Shown here in pieces: positions 9,281-19,089 of a stretch of 40,155 nt of DNA (the first letter of the stretch is position 1; every line of letters starts with the position of its first letter). Source of the DNA: a virus. The notes below the pieces were generated by a model. It was given only the letters and a program-made list of their open reading frames with translations, was not told where the DNA came from and ran no database searches. The DNA lies in the IMG/VR virus record IMGVR_UViG_3300010042_000007, positions 1 to 40,155 of that record. One strand, 5' to 3'. The translations under genes were made by a program, and so were the position numbers.

Positions 9281-10915
9281 ATGGCCATCCCAACCGTATC
9301 ACTTTCAGACCTGCCCGCATCTCCCCAGCTTGGTCCCCGTCGCGGGAACGAACTGCAGGCGGCAAACATGGCGCTGGCTAACGCCGGCGGCGCGGTGCAA
9401 GACGCGGGTTCGATCCTCGGACGCTTCGCCATCCAGAAACAGGAACAGGTCAATCGTGGTTTTCTCGCATCAGAGGAGACGATTCGCATGGAGACCGCGG
9501 CACAGGTCGAAGCCTTCGCGATGTCGAATCAGGACAAGCCGGAAACGTGGGATAAATTCCGGCAAGATACGTGGAAGGCGTATGAGAACGGCAAGGGCTC
9601 GCGCATCAAGGAACAGAAGTGGGGGCCGGCGGTGGTGGCTCAGGACAAGCAACTGACCACGACTTACCTCGCGGAAACCGGCATTCGGTTCAAGGCACAG
9701 ACGGACGGTGCATTGATCCGCCAGAGCAATTCCCGCCTGATGGCAAACGCACAGGCGAAGCTCCGCGGCGGCGATTATGACGGGTATGTGGCGACGGTGG
9801 ACAACATGAACGTCCAGCCGGATCAGAAGGAGGAGATGGTTCGGCGTGGTCTTGAGGAGGGTCTTTACAAGACGGCATCGAACCAGCTGGACGCGATCCG
9901 AGAGCTCCCGCCGGCACAGCGCGTCACGGCCTTCGGAGAATACAACAAGGCACTGACGGAAAAGGATAAGTCGGGCGCGTTTACGAACTACGAGTTCGAG
10001 CGTGGCGGGCTTTCCATTGGCGGGCGCGTCAATCTTGAGAGTATGGCCAATGCTCGCGTGCGTGAGGCACAGCGGGAAATGGATGTCACCGGCCGGCAAG
10101 CGGTGGCGCAGTTGCGTCTCGGTCGTCCCGTGGACATCCCCGCACTGGTGAAGTCTGGTGAGTTGGATGAGGAGACAGCGCGGGCGATCGCTCCGGACGT
10201 CGTCCTCGCACAGCAAGAGCGAGCCGGCAAAGACGCGGCGAAGGCTCAAGAAAAGGCGCAGCAACAAGCGGCGAAGGCTGACCGCATCCGAGACAAAGCG
10301 GTAACGCCAGGTCGGCAAGGCGATGTCGGTCTTCGTGACATCGAGCAACAGCTTGCCCTTGGTGAAATCTCCGCAGCGCAGGCGGATCAACTGAAGTCCG
10401 AGCTCACGCAGGCTTCCCGCTCTGAACTCGCTTCAGCCGATGGCGACGCGACGCGGATCGGTAAGAAGATCAAGGGAGGATTCAGCGCCAAGATGTTCGG
10501 ACGTCAGCCGTCTGATTCGGAATACCGAGACCTTCAAAACGAAATTAATTCGGCGAAGGTGACGAAGGAGACGCGGTTGAACCTGATGGACCAACTCTTC
10601 AGTCTGAAACTGGCGGACATCGAAGACCTGCAGGAAGAAGGAGGCCAGTGGATGGACCGAGACATCGGTGTTCCAGAGCGTGCGCTTCGCCGTGACATGA
10701 TCGGTGAATACCGCCGGCTTCTTCCCGCCCTTGGCGACGTGCTGGCCGGTGATTTGCTGATGAATCAAGAGAACAAGATTCGCACGTTCTTTGATTCCTC
10801 CAAAGACGGGAACCGATCACCCGATGAAGTGAAGCGGTTTCTCCGTGAGGATTTGATGCCAGAGGCACAAAAGGCTGCTGGCTTTGAGGCTATTAAAGAC
10901 GCATTTGGATTCTGA
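9281..10915 (+). CDS. internal virion / core protein (gp15-like)
   Basis: I prefer ATG 9281, 1 nt after the upstream stop, over track start 9206. 544 aa, highly helical and charged. Positional call. Confidence 0.5.
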   Translation: MAIPTVSLSDLPASPQLGPRRGNELQAANMALANAGGAVQDAGSILGRFAIQKQEQVNRGFLASEETIRMETAAQVEAFAMSNQDKPETWDKFRQDTWKAYENGKGSRIKEQKWGPAVVAQDKQLTTTYLAETGIRFKAQTDGALIRQSNSRLMANAQAKLRGGDYDGYVATVDNMNVQPDQKEEMVRRGLEEGLYKTASNQLDAIRELPPAQRVTAFGEYNKALTEKDKSGAFTNYEFERGGLSIGGRVNLESMANARVREAQREMDVTGRQAVAQLRLGRPVDIPALVKSGELDEETARAIAPDVVLAQQERAGKDAAKAQEKAQQQAAKADRIRDKAVTPGRQGDVGLRDIEQQLALGEISAAQADQLKSELTQASRSELASADGDATRIGKKIKGGFSAKMFGRQPSDSEYRDLQNEINSAKVTKETRLNLMDQLFSLKLADIEDLQEEGGQWMDRDIGVPERALRRDMIGEYRRLLPALGDVLAGDLLMNQENKIRTFFDSSKDGNRSPDEVKRFLREDLMPEAQKAAGFEAIKDAFGF

Positions 10916-13900
10916 TGAATACCGACGAACTTGCTCCGCTTTTCGAGTCCCGTGAAACCCGCGTTGGCCGTTTGCCTGAAGAGGCTCGAGCGAAGCTGAC
11001 GACGGCAGCGGATTCGGCACGGTCCATGGGCCAGACGGACTTCGAAGATCAGCAATTCGTTTCCTTGTGGTTGTCACGTCGCACGGGTCTCCCGCGCAAG
11101 GACGTGCTCGCCAACTTTGGTAACATCTCCGGCCGGTTCTTTGGTGAAGGCGCGACGGCCGCCACCGCTTACGATAAGATTTCCAAGTCCTACCAAGGAG
11201 AGAAGACTGAAGCGCCCAAGACCGAGACGGAGAACCCCGAGCAGTTTTCTGGCACGGAGGGACTGGCGAAGCTTGGCAAGGGTGCCTTGATGGTGAACAC
11301 GGATCAATCGGTCCGTTCGGCCGCCGGTGGGTTTACAGGGTTTTCTCAGCAGATTCCCGCCGGTATCTACTCCCAGGCTGCAACGGTGATGGCATCGCCC
11401 GGGCGCGTTAAGTCTCCTTTTGAAAACCGGACATATCTCGAATTGAACCGAGAGCGATCGGAGCTTTTGAATCCCCCATTCCAGCCGAAGGATACGGAGG
11501 TTGTGCTGAACGATGGCCAGAAGGCACGGTTGGCAAAGATCGATTCGGACATGGCCACCCTCCGCAGTCGCACTGATGAAGAGAATCGGGTTCGCGTTAA
11601 GGAGTTCGCGGATTCGACCGGAAAGGACGTATCGGAGGAATACCGTCGTCTGTCTAAATTCTGGTATGAGTTGAGCGGTGAAGCCATGGGTAAGGCTGGG
11701 GTGAATCCCGACTTCCAGAAGTCTACGCTCGGTCAATTCATGGCCAGCGTGGGAAGTGTGCCGGCGACGGCCGCGCTTGCGGCGCTTGGTCCAGTCGGTG
11801 CGTTCGGCATGGAAAGTTCGTTCTTTGCTCAAGTTGAAGACGAAAGGCAGAAAGCCCAAGGCGAGGCGTATGATCCTGAAAAGGCGTTCGGTGCCAACTT
11901 GGCATCCGCTGGCCCCCAGATGGTTCTCGAGCGTGCATTCGGTATGGAGCGCCTGATGGACAAGGTCATTGGCGACATCCCGAAAATTGCCGGTAAGGTA
12001 TCGCTCGGTGACTTCGTGAAACAGTTCGTCCGCCAAGGACTGACTGCCGGTGTCGAGGAAGGCCTGACGGAGCCGGCGCAAAACTTCTGGAACGATTTCG
12101 TCGCATCACAGACGTATGACGAGAAGCGTGAACTCTTCACGGCCGCCGCGGCCAAGCAACGGTTGGTCGAGTCCGTGTCGGCATTCACCCTTGGCTTTTT
12201 CTTTGCCGGAGGCGTCACGGGCCTGCAGGCGGTGGACACGAACATGGAGGTCTCAAAGGGTGAAAAGTATCTGACGACGAAAGAAGGACAGGTCTTCACC
12301 CCTGCGGACTTTGCGGTTCTTCGTCAGGTGAAGACCGATGCGGACCTAATGGCGACGGCGCCCAATCCCGAAACGGGCCGCATCCTTGTCGCCGCGGCGA
12401 ATGGTGATGAGGCGGCGATGGCAAAATATAATGACGTGGTCCTTCGTGAGAAGTTCGTGTCTGCGGATGGCCTTGAGGTAGACGGCTGGAAGATCGGTAT
12501 GATCGACGGCGTCCCCGTGGTGGAGAACACCGAGCTCGGCACGTTCTCTCCGGTGGACGTAAACAACCCCGAGGAACGTCAATTTCTCGACACGCTCAAA
12601 CAGCGGGCGGTGGCCGAACAAGCGACGAAGGAAACCCTCGCCGGCCTACAGGAACGCTTCGGGGAAACCCTGAGTGTGGAGCGCCAAGCCATTCCGGAAA
12701 CCCTGATGGATCGAGTGAACAAAGGCCTGATGACCGAGGCACAAGCACGGAGCGCCTTGGACGTGGCGAAGCTGGTCAATGGACTGGCAAAGGAGACGAC
12801 GCTTGAAACCGCCCGCGTCCAGGGCGCTGCGGATGTACGGGAGACCGCGGACGGCGTGTTCCAGATGGTGGCAACGGTGGCACAGGCGGCCGATCCCACG
12901 GTTGCGATCGAGGAGGTTTCCGAGGCCTACATCAAAAAGGCGTATCGTGAGCAAAATCTCCGCCCCGAGGAACTGAACGAAGTGCGGGCAAAGTGGCATG
13001 CGGACAACCGAGAGGCAGACATGGCTTCGGGGCTGGACGGTGAAGACCTGAGCCGCGCAAACATCGAATGGTTCTCGAAGCGGGTGGTCGATTACGCGCT
13101 GGCCCGTCGCAAGGTCACGCTCCCGGGCGGATGGGGCAAATGGCTGCGGACCCTCGGTGAACGGCTGAAGACGGTCATCCGAGGCGCGGCAAAGATGAAG
13201 AAGCTCCTCCGTGAGGGGAAGCTGGATGCCGACTTGGAGGCGCTGATGAAGGGCGCACTGGGCGAGGTTTCGACTGATGAGGCAACGGCGGGGTTTGCCG
13301 AACGCCGCACTGGCCAACCCAATCAGATCCCGATGGGGGCACAGGATGGCGGCTTGATGAGCACGTTCAGCTTAAAGGAGGAAACACGGGAGGCCTTTAT
13401 GGAGCAGGTGAACCGCCAGCGCACAGGCCTGACTATTGATGCCCGTTCGAGGCAGGACTTTGTTGACGGAGCTCAAGGTTTAGAAACCGCGCCGATTGAG
13501 GTTTATGGTCGGCCACCCGAGCAAGTAGTGAAAAAGGAAAGGGATGGGGTTTCTCACTTTGCAGAATCGAAATACGAGGATGGCTACAAGGGACACCGCT
13601 TTGTGAGGTCAGTAGAAGGCAAGGGAGTGGCTTACCTCACCGTCCAAGAAATTGCCGGCAATCAGGATCGAGGCCGTCCTGTATCCTTTGTAATTCATAA
13701 AGCCTACACCAAGACCAGCAGTCGAAACAGCGGGCATATGCGGTCGCTGATAGCGGAAGCGGATGCGACGTTCCCTGCTGCGCTTGAGCCTGACTATCGA
13801 AACACGGAGGAAATGCTAGGATTGATGCGGTCCATGGCCGAGCAGTCGCCCACGTTCAGCCTAGCACCCGCCACGGACACCCCTGCGTTCAAAGCGTGGT

Positions 13901-16362
13901 TTGGTGACAGCAAGGTGGTGGACGCACAGGGCAATCCGCTGGTGGTTTATCATGGGACGCGAAGCCCAGAGTTCAGCGAGTTCCGTGCGCCTTCATTTTT
14001 CACTTCTGATCCAAACTCGGCGGGCAAGTATGCGGAAAAGTATGCTGAGCCGGTTGATGTGGTGGCAGAGGGTGGGCGCACAATTCCAGTTTATCTTTCA
14101 ATCAAGAACCCGAAACGCATCAGCCAATTTGAGATGATGGGGCTTGATGCCCAAGAAATCTCGAAGCTGAAGGACGCCGGTTTTGACGGCGCAATGTTCA
14201 CGCGCGACGATGGCGTGACCGTGGCGATGGCATTCAGCCCCACCCAAATAAAGAGCGCCATCGGCAACCGCGGCACGTTCGACCCGAACAACCCCGACAT
14301 CACCTTCGCCACGACGGGCATCCCCCAGAACGCGAAGCAATCGTTGCAGGCTCAGGCGATGGCGATTCAGGCAAAGCGCCTGGCGGCGGCCGGCCAACTC
14401 CTTTCCCGCCTGAACAGCGGCCAACCGTTGCCGGCGCGGGCCAAGGCGGTTCGCAAGTCCACAGAGGCGTCACTGATGGCAAAGCTATTCGTCCCGCTTA
14501 CATCCCGACTTCAGGCTATCAGCGAGAAGGCGAACCTCGGGCAACGTCTCCGCCGGCTGGACTTCGACATCGGGCGGGCGCTCAAGGCAGACTTCGAAGC
14601 GGTGAAGCCGTGGATGGTGGCGTTTGAAAACCTGCGCGAGCGGGACGCACGCATCCTCGACCTCGCGCTGAAGAACGGTGACACGAACTCACGGGACGCG
14701 GTTTTGAACGCTTACGGTATGGTTGGCACGTTCGCCCGCGTGGAACAGGTCCTTGCGGAAACGCGGGCCCGGGCAATCGCTGCGGGGTATGACGTGGGAG
14801 AGATTGAAAACTACTTCCCGCGCAAGGTGAATGACCTCGATGGCCTGCTCGTCCATTACTACGGACAGCCCGAAGCCGGCCGCATCGAGAAAGCACTTCA
14901 GGAAGCCTCCGTCAAAGCACAGGCACAGGGGCGGGTGTTGAGCCGTGAGGAACGCATTGAAATCGTGAACACGGTCCTGCGTGGCGGGCGCCGCGGTGAA
15001 TCCAAGCCGAGCAACTTGAAGTCCCGCAAGACCGACGTGGTGACGGTGGACGCGGATCAGTTCTATGCGGACAGCGTGGAAGCTCTGGTCTCCTACGTGG
15101 ATAGCCTGAATCAGGCGATCGAGAAGCGCCGGTTCTTCGGTAAGTTCGCGGTGCCGGTCGCCGGTGCTCCTGGCGCGGTCTCCTCACAGCTTGCGCTTGA
15201 AGCATCGATCGGATCCTACGTGGAAGATCTGATTGCGACGGGGGACATCAGCTATCAGCAACAGGCAGAGGTTCAGTCGATCCTCGAAGCACGGTTCCAG
15301 CGCGGGGTTCAAAACACGTTCGTGAAGAACTTCAAAACCCTGTCCTACATCACGACGATGGGACACATCACGTCTGCCATGTCACAAGTCACCGACGTGG
15401 CATTCAGTCTCTACGAGAACGGGGTTTTCGACACGATGGTTGCCGGCGGTCAGGCGGTGGCCCGGAAGTCCAAGATCACAATCACGGACCTCGGGTTAAC
15501 CCAAATTGCGGAGGAGTTCAGGGACGCCGGCAAGATGCACGCGGCACTTGATCGGACCTTCAAACTGGTGGGCATCCACTACCTCGACATGATCGGCAAG
15601 GAGACGCTGGTGAACGCGAAGTTCCGCCGGATGGAGCGCGAGGCCGCGGCGGGCAACCTGTCGGGCCGGAGCCGTGCCTTGATCGAGCGGGCCTTTGATC
15701 CATCCAAGGCCGCGCAAGTCATTACCGACTTGGCAGCAGGGAAGAAGACCGAGGACACGCTGTTCGCCGTTTACACGGTGCTGGCGGACTACCAGCCCCT
15801 CACGCAATCGGAGTATCCCGAGTATTACCTTCGCCACCCGAACGGGCGAATCTTCTACATGCTGAAGAGCTTCACGCTGAAACAATTTGATGCCTTCCGC
15901 CGTGAGGGTATCACGAAGATCATGAACGGGAATGCGGCGCAAAAGCTCGAGGGCGCCCGCAACCTGATTCACCTTGCCGGCCTGCTGTTCCTTGTCGGCT
16001 GTCCCGTCGACTGGCTGAAGGATTGGATCATGGGGCGTAAGCCGGTGATGGATGACATCATGGTCGACAACGTATTCAAGCTAGTGGGCGTCAACCGGTG
16101 GAGTCTTTACCAGTTCCGCGAACGAAAGAACCCCGTGGAGTCCGCGCTGATGCTGGTGGCCCCGCCCGCGCCGTTCCTGATTTATCCCCTTCAGGACATC
16201 GCCAAGTCCGCGGAGGAGATCAGCGAAGGTGACGACATCGATCCTTCGAAGTTCGAATCATGGAGAATGCTACCCTTCGTAGGTTCCCCTGTTTACTGGT
16301 GGCTCGGAGGCGGCAAAGATAAGATTGAAAAAAAAGAGCGTAAGGGCATTTCCACGCGCTGA
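10915..16362 (+). CDS. large internal virion / DNA-ejection protein (gp16-like) with embedded ADP-ribosyltransferase-like module
   Basis: 1815 aa with a TGATG start/stop overlap. Size and position match the podovirus ejectosome protein. Residues about 985-1130 read FKAWFGDSKVVDAQGNPLVVYHGTRSPEFSEF...FFTSDPNSAGKYA, which I recognise as the ART domain of phage polyvalent proteins. Confidence 0.7.
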   Translation: MNTDELAPLFESRETRVGRLPEEARAKLTTAADSARSMGQTDFEDQQFVSLWLSRRTGLPRKDVLANFGNISGRFFGEGATAATAYDKISKSYQGEKTEAPKTETENPEQFSGTEGLAKLGKGALMVNTDQSVRSAAGGFTGFSQQIPAGIYSQAATVMASPGRVKSPFENRTYLELNRERSELLNPPFQPKDTEVVLNDGQKARLAKIDSDMATLRSRTDEENRVRVKEFADSTGKDVSEEYRRLSKFWYELSGEAMGKAGVNPDFQKSTLGQFMASVGSVPATAALAALGPVGAFGMESSFFAQVEDERQKAQGEAYDPEKAFGANLASAGPQMVLERAFGMERLMDKVIGDIPKIAGKVSLGDFVKQFVRQGLTAGVEEGLTEPAQNFWNDFVASQTYDEKRELFTAAAAKQRLVESVSAFTLGFFFAGGVTGLQAVDTNMEVSKGEKYLTTKEGQVFTPADFAVLRQVKTDADLMATAPNPETGRILVAAANGDEAAMAKYNDVVLREKFVSADGLEVDGWKIGMIDGVPVVENTELGTFSPVDVNNPEERQFLDTLKQRAVAEQATKETLAGLQERFGETLSVERQAIPETLMDRVNKGLMTEAQARSALDVAKLVNGLAKETTLETARVQGAADVRETADGVFQMVATVAQAADPTVAIEEVSEAYIKKAYREQNLRPEELNEVRAKWHADNREADMASGLDGEDLSRANIEWFSKRVVDYALARRKVTLPGGWGKWLRTLGERLKTVIRGAAKMKKLLREGKLDADLEALMKGALGEVSTDEATAGFAERRTGQPNQIPMGAQDGGLMSTFSLKEETREAFMEQVNRQRTGLTIDARSRQDFVDGAQGLETAPIEVYGRPPEQVVKKERDGVSHFAESKYEDGYKGHRFVRSVEGKGVAYLTVQEIAGNQDRGRPVSFVIHKAYTKTSSRNSGHMRSLIAEADATFPAALEPDYRNTEEMLGLMRSMAEQSPTFSLAPATDTPAFKAWFGDSKVVDAQGNPLVVYHGTRSPEFSEFRAPSFFTSDPNSAGKYAEKYAEPVDVVAEGGRTIPVYLSIKNPKRISQFEMMGLDAQEISKLKDAGFDGAMFTRDDGVTVAMAFSPTQIKSAIGNRGTFDPNNPDITFATTGIPQNAKQSLQAQAMAIQAKRLAAAGQLLSRLNSGQPLPARAKAVRKSTEASLMAKLFVPLTSRLQAISEKANLGQRLRRLDFDIGRALKADFEAVKPWMVAFENLRERDARILDLALKNGDTNSRDAVLNAYGMVGTFARVEQVLAETRARAIAAGYDVGEIENYFPRKVNDLDGLLVHYYGQPEAGRIEKALQEASVKAQAQGRVLSREERIEIVNTVLRGGRRGESKPSNLKSRKTDVVTVDADQFYADSVEALVSYVDSLNQAIEKRRFFGKFAVPVAGAPGAVSSQLALEASIGSYVEDLIATGDISYQQQAEVQSILEARFQRGVQNTFVKNFKTLSYITTMGHITSAMSQVTDVAFSLYENGVFDTMVAGGQAVARKSKITITDLGLTQIAEEFRDAGKMHAALDRTFKLVGIHYLDMIGKETLVNAKFRRMEREAAAGNLSGRSRALIERAFDPSKAAQVITDLAAGKKTEDTLFAVYTVLADYQPLTQSEYPEYYLRHPNGRIFYMLKSFTLKQFDAFRREGITKIMNGNAAQKLEGARNLIHLAGLLFLVGCPVDWLKDWIMGRKPVMDDIMVDNVFKLVGVNRWSLYQFRERKNPVESALMLVAPPAPFLIYPLQDIAKSAEEISEGDDIDPSKFESWRMLPFVGSPVYWWLGGGKDKIEKKERKGISTR

Positions 16363-16379
16363 AATAATTTCCCATTAAC

Positions 16380-17114
16380 ATGAGTGTCACAACTACCACA
16401 TCACGCATCGACTACACGTTGACCCTTGCCACCCAAACGGTGGCGGTCCCGTTCTTCTTCCTTCAGGAGGAATTCCTCACGGTCATCCGCACACGGGCGG
16501 GCGTCAAAACGACGCTGGCACTTGGCGCTGATTACTCGACCACCGGAGAGAACGGTGAGGCCGGAGGATCGGTGATCTTCACCGGAGCATCCACGGCCAT
16601 TGATGACGAAATCCGGATCGATCGAAACACGCCGATCAACCAACTGGTGGACTTTTCCTACAACGGCCGCTTCCCCTCTGAGGTCATTGAACGGGCACTG
16701 GACCGCCTGACCATGATCGCACAGGAAGCCAATCGAGACGGGACCGACCTTGCGACGATCCTTGCCGGCATCGACGTGGATGCGATTGCCCAATACGCGG
16801 CGGATGCACAGGCGGCGGCGGTGAGTGCGGCGGCCAGTGCGGTCCTTGCGTCGAGCTTTGCCGGCATCGCCAAGACCGCCACGACAGGAGGCACGCCGAA
16901 CGCATTGGATGGTATCGTCACGGCGGGCGGGGCAATCCCCACCAACTTCTGTGTGCGCGTGCTATCCGGTTCACTTGGCGGCGGAGACTTGTCCTCTACC
17001 AACTGGGTGCTGGTAGCGGGCACTAATGCAGAGGATCCATCGGGCGGCATCGTTCGTCCTGATGACTATAATGGCGTGACCAACGCTCGGGTGTGGGTGA
17101 GCATCGGTGGGTAA
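16380..17114 (+). CDS. tail fibre adaptor (T7 gp17 N-terminal-domain-like)
   Basis: 244 aa. The N-terminal region IDYTLTLATQTVAVPFFFLQEEFLTVIRT...IRIDRNTPINQLVDFSYNGRFPSEVIERALDRLTMIAQE resembles the tail-attachment domain of T7-type fibres. Confidence 0.6.
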   Translation: MSVTTTTSRIDYTLTLATQTVAVPFFFLQEEFLTVIRTRAGVKTTLALGADYSTTGENGEAGGSVIFTGASTAIDDEIRIDRNTPINQLVDFSYNGRFPSEVIERALDRLTMIAQEANRDGTDLATILAGIDVDAIAQYAADAQAAAVSAAASAVLASSFAGIAKTATTGGTPNALDGIVTAGGAIPTNFCVRVLSGSLGGGDLSSTNWVLVAGTNAEDPSGGIVRPDDYNGVTNARVWVSIGG

Positions 17115-17136
17115 TTAATTTCAGATAAAACTAAAT

Positions 17137-19080
17137 ATGAAAAAATCATTCAATATCTTCACGCTGTTCCTGCTCATGGCAGGCATGGCATTCGGGCAGA
17201 CGGCCAATGTTCAAAAGGGCTCGGGTTCGAATGACATCACGGCGGACTTAAACGTTGGCAGTGGACGGACGGTAACCGTTAAATCTGGTGGAACTCTTAA
17301 TGTGAGTTCTGGCGCACTAGGGTTATCCGATGGCCAAATTCCAGCGGTTAAGGTTAACGGGGTTCTTTCGTCTATTAAGACGGTATTTCAAACCGAGAAC
17401 GCCACGTCTTCTCTGATCGGTGAAGCAAATGGAAATATCTTGATTCTCGGTGATAGTATTACTGATGGGTTTGGGGCTACTTCTTATTCTAAATGCTACG
17501 CTTCGTTGGTTCAGAACTCTATCTGGAACGCGGTGCGTCGGGGGTTTAAGGATGAGCCTCCCTTTAACTATGCCTGCATTGCCCGTGGTCAGAATCTTAT
17601 TCAAGACACTGGAGTAACCACTAATGGGGCTGTCGGTCCTTATGGTATTTTCGGCGGTCAGGTAATTCTTGAGCCAGGCCAAAGTGTCTCGATCACAAGC
17701 AGAGAGATTACATATGTGCAGGCGTGGTATGATGCTTCTAACAGCACTGGGTCTCTTATTTTTTCCTTAAATGGTGTCGACTACCTTACAGCGACTCCTT
17801 CAGGAGCGGGTCTCCAAATTACGCCACTTACGGCCCTGCCCTCAACCACTCGAACGACTGATGTGGTAAGTATTCGTGCGTCTGGTGGAACCTTCCGGCT
17901 CTGTGGACTAAGTGCGGTTCATGCCTCGAATGCTTCTCCGGGTGTTTTCGTGTGCTCTCAGTCAGGAACTGCGATTCAGGACTATACAGGGGCTCAGGCA
18001 ATTTCAGATCTAACCACCTACATGCAATGGTTAGGAAGAACGGAGAACTCAATCATCTGCACGCTTGGATCTAATAGCATAACCAACCCAACTAAGGCCC
18101 TTTCTCCTTCTGCCATGGTTGCTGAAATGGCTAATTTTGTTAGCCTAATCAGGGTTGCTCTTCCTCATACTAAATTCTGGTTTACCGTTCCACCTCGGGC
18201 TAATTATGCGTCATGGCCTATTGTTCTGGATTTCACATATGACCAGTATGTATCGGCAATAATTGAGTTTTGTGCAGCCAACAACCATGGGTGTTTGCGT
18301 GGAGATATGCTCGACACTCTTCATGATAATACTGCTGATGGTCTGCATCCCAACGATTACGGTCATCGCATGTGGGCAGAGATGATTACTCGATCCTTAC
18401 AGATTCCTTGTAATGGGTATAAGCGGACTATCGGACCCGCAAACGTAGACATGGGTAACCTTCTCGTAAATGGAACTGCGAGTTTTCTTAATTCTACGGA
18501 AACTCCGCTGGCTATAGTTTCAGGGAGTATTCCTCTAGTGAAAATCGTTAATACCAACGGTGGTTTAGACGCTAAACGATTTCAAGTGCTTGGGCTAGCC
18601 AGTGGAGTTAACCGAAGCATATATTTTAGCTTCCTCAAGGACGATGAATCGGCGTCAAACGCTGCGTTTGAGTTAACCAGCAATGGCGCAACCCCAACGG
18701 GCGCAAACTTCTATGCGCGCGCCAACTTTGTCGGGGGTATTGGCGGGCTTTCGGGTCTGATAAAAGGTAATGGGACCACTTTCCCCAGTGCAGCAGTAGC
18801 CGGAACCGACTATGTTATCCCAGCAGGAAACGTTGCGACAGCAACGGCGCTAGCAACGCCGCGCACGATCAACGGCGTGAGCTTTGACGGCACGGGGAAT
18901 GTTACGGTTCCGTCTGTTAAGTTGAATCAATACACCGTGGCAGGCTTACCAACGGGCGCACAGGGCGATGTTGCTTTGGTTACCGATGCAGCGACCAGTT
19001 TGCGCGGGTCGGCCCCTTCAGGTGGCGGCTCCACTAAGTGGCCGGTCTTCCACAACGGAACGGCTTGGGTCTGCTATTAA
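17137..19080 (+). CDS. tail fibre/spike with SGNH (GDSL) esterase domain
   Basis: 647 aa. SGNH blocks are present: ILILGDSITDGFG (I), TLGSNSI (III) and DGLHPNDYGH (V). A C-terminal fibre repeat is present (TPRTINGVSFDGTGNVTV). The N-terminus looks like a Sec signal peptide. The 5-prime two-thirds is low-GC. Confidence 0.7.
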   Translation: MKKSFNIFTLFLLMAGMAFGQTANVQKGSGSNDITADLNVGSGRTVTVKSGGTLNVSSGALGLSDGQIPAVKVNGVLSSIKTVFQTENATSSLIGEANGNILILGDSITDGFGATSYSKCYASLVQNSIWNAVRRGFKDEPPFNYACIARGQNLIQDTGVTTNGAVGPYGIFGGQVILEPGQSVSITSREITYVQAWYDASNSTGSLIFSLNGVDYLTATPSGAGLQITPLTALPSTTRTTDVVSIRASGGTFRLCGLSAVHASNASPGVFVCSQSGTAIQDYTGAQAISDLTTYMQWLGRTENSIICTLGSNSITNPTKALSPSAMVAEMANFVSLIRVALPHTKFWFTVPPRANYASWPIVLDFTYDQYVSAIIEFCAANNHGCLRGDMLDTLHDNTADGLHPNDYGHRMWAEMITRSLQIPCNGYKRTIGPANVDMGNLLVNGTASFLNSTETPLAIVSGSIPLVKIVNTNGGLDAKRFQVLGLASGVNRSIYFSFLKDDESASNAAFELTSNGATPTGANFYARANFVGGIGGLSGLIKGNGTTFPSAAVAGTDYVIPAGNVATATALATPRTINGVSFDGTGNVTVPSVKLNQYTVAGLPTGAQGDVALVTDAATSLRGSAPSGGGSTKWPVFHNGTAWVCY

Positions 19081-19089
19081 TTTCCCGCT

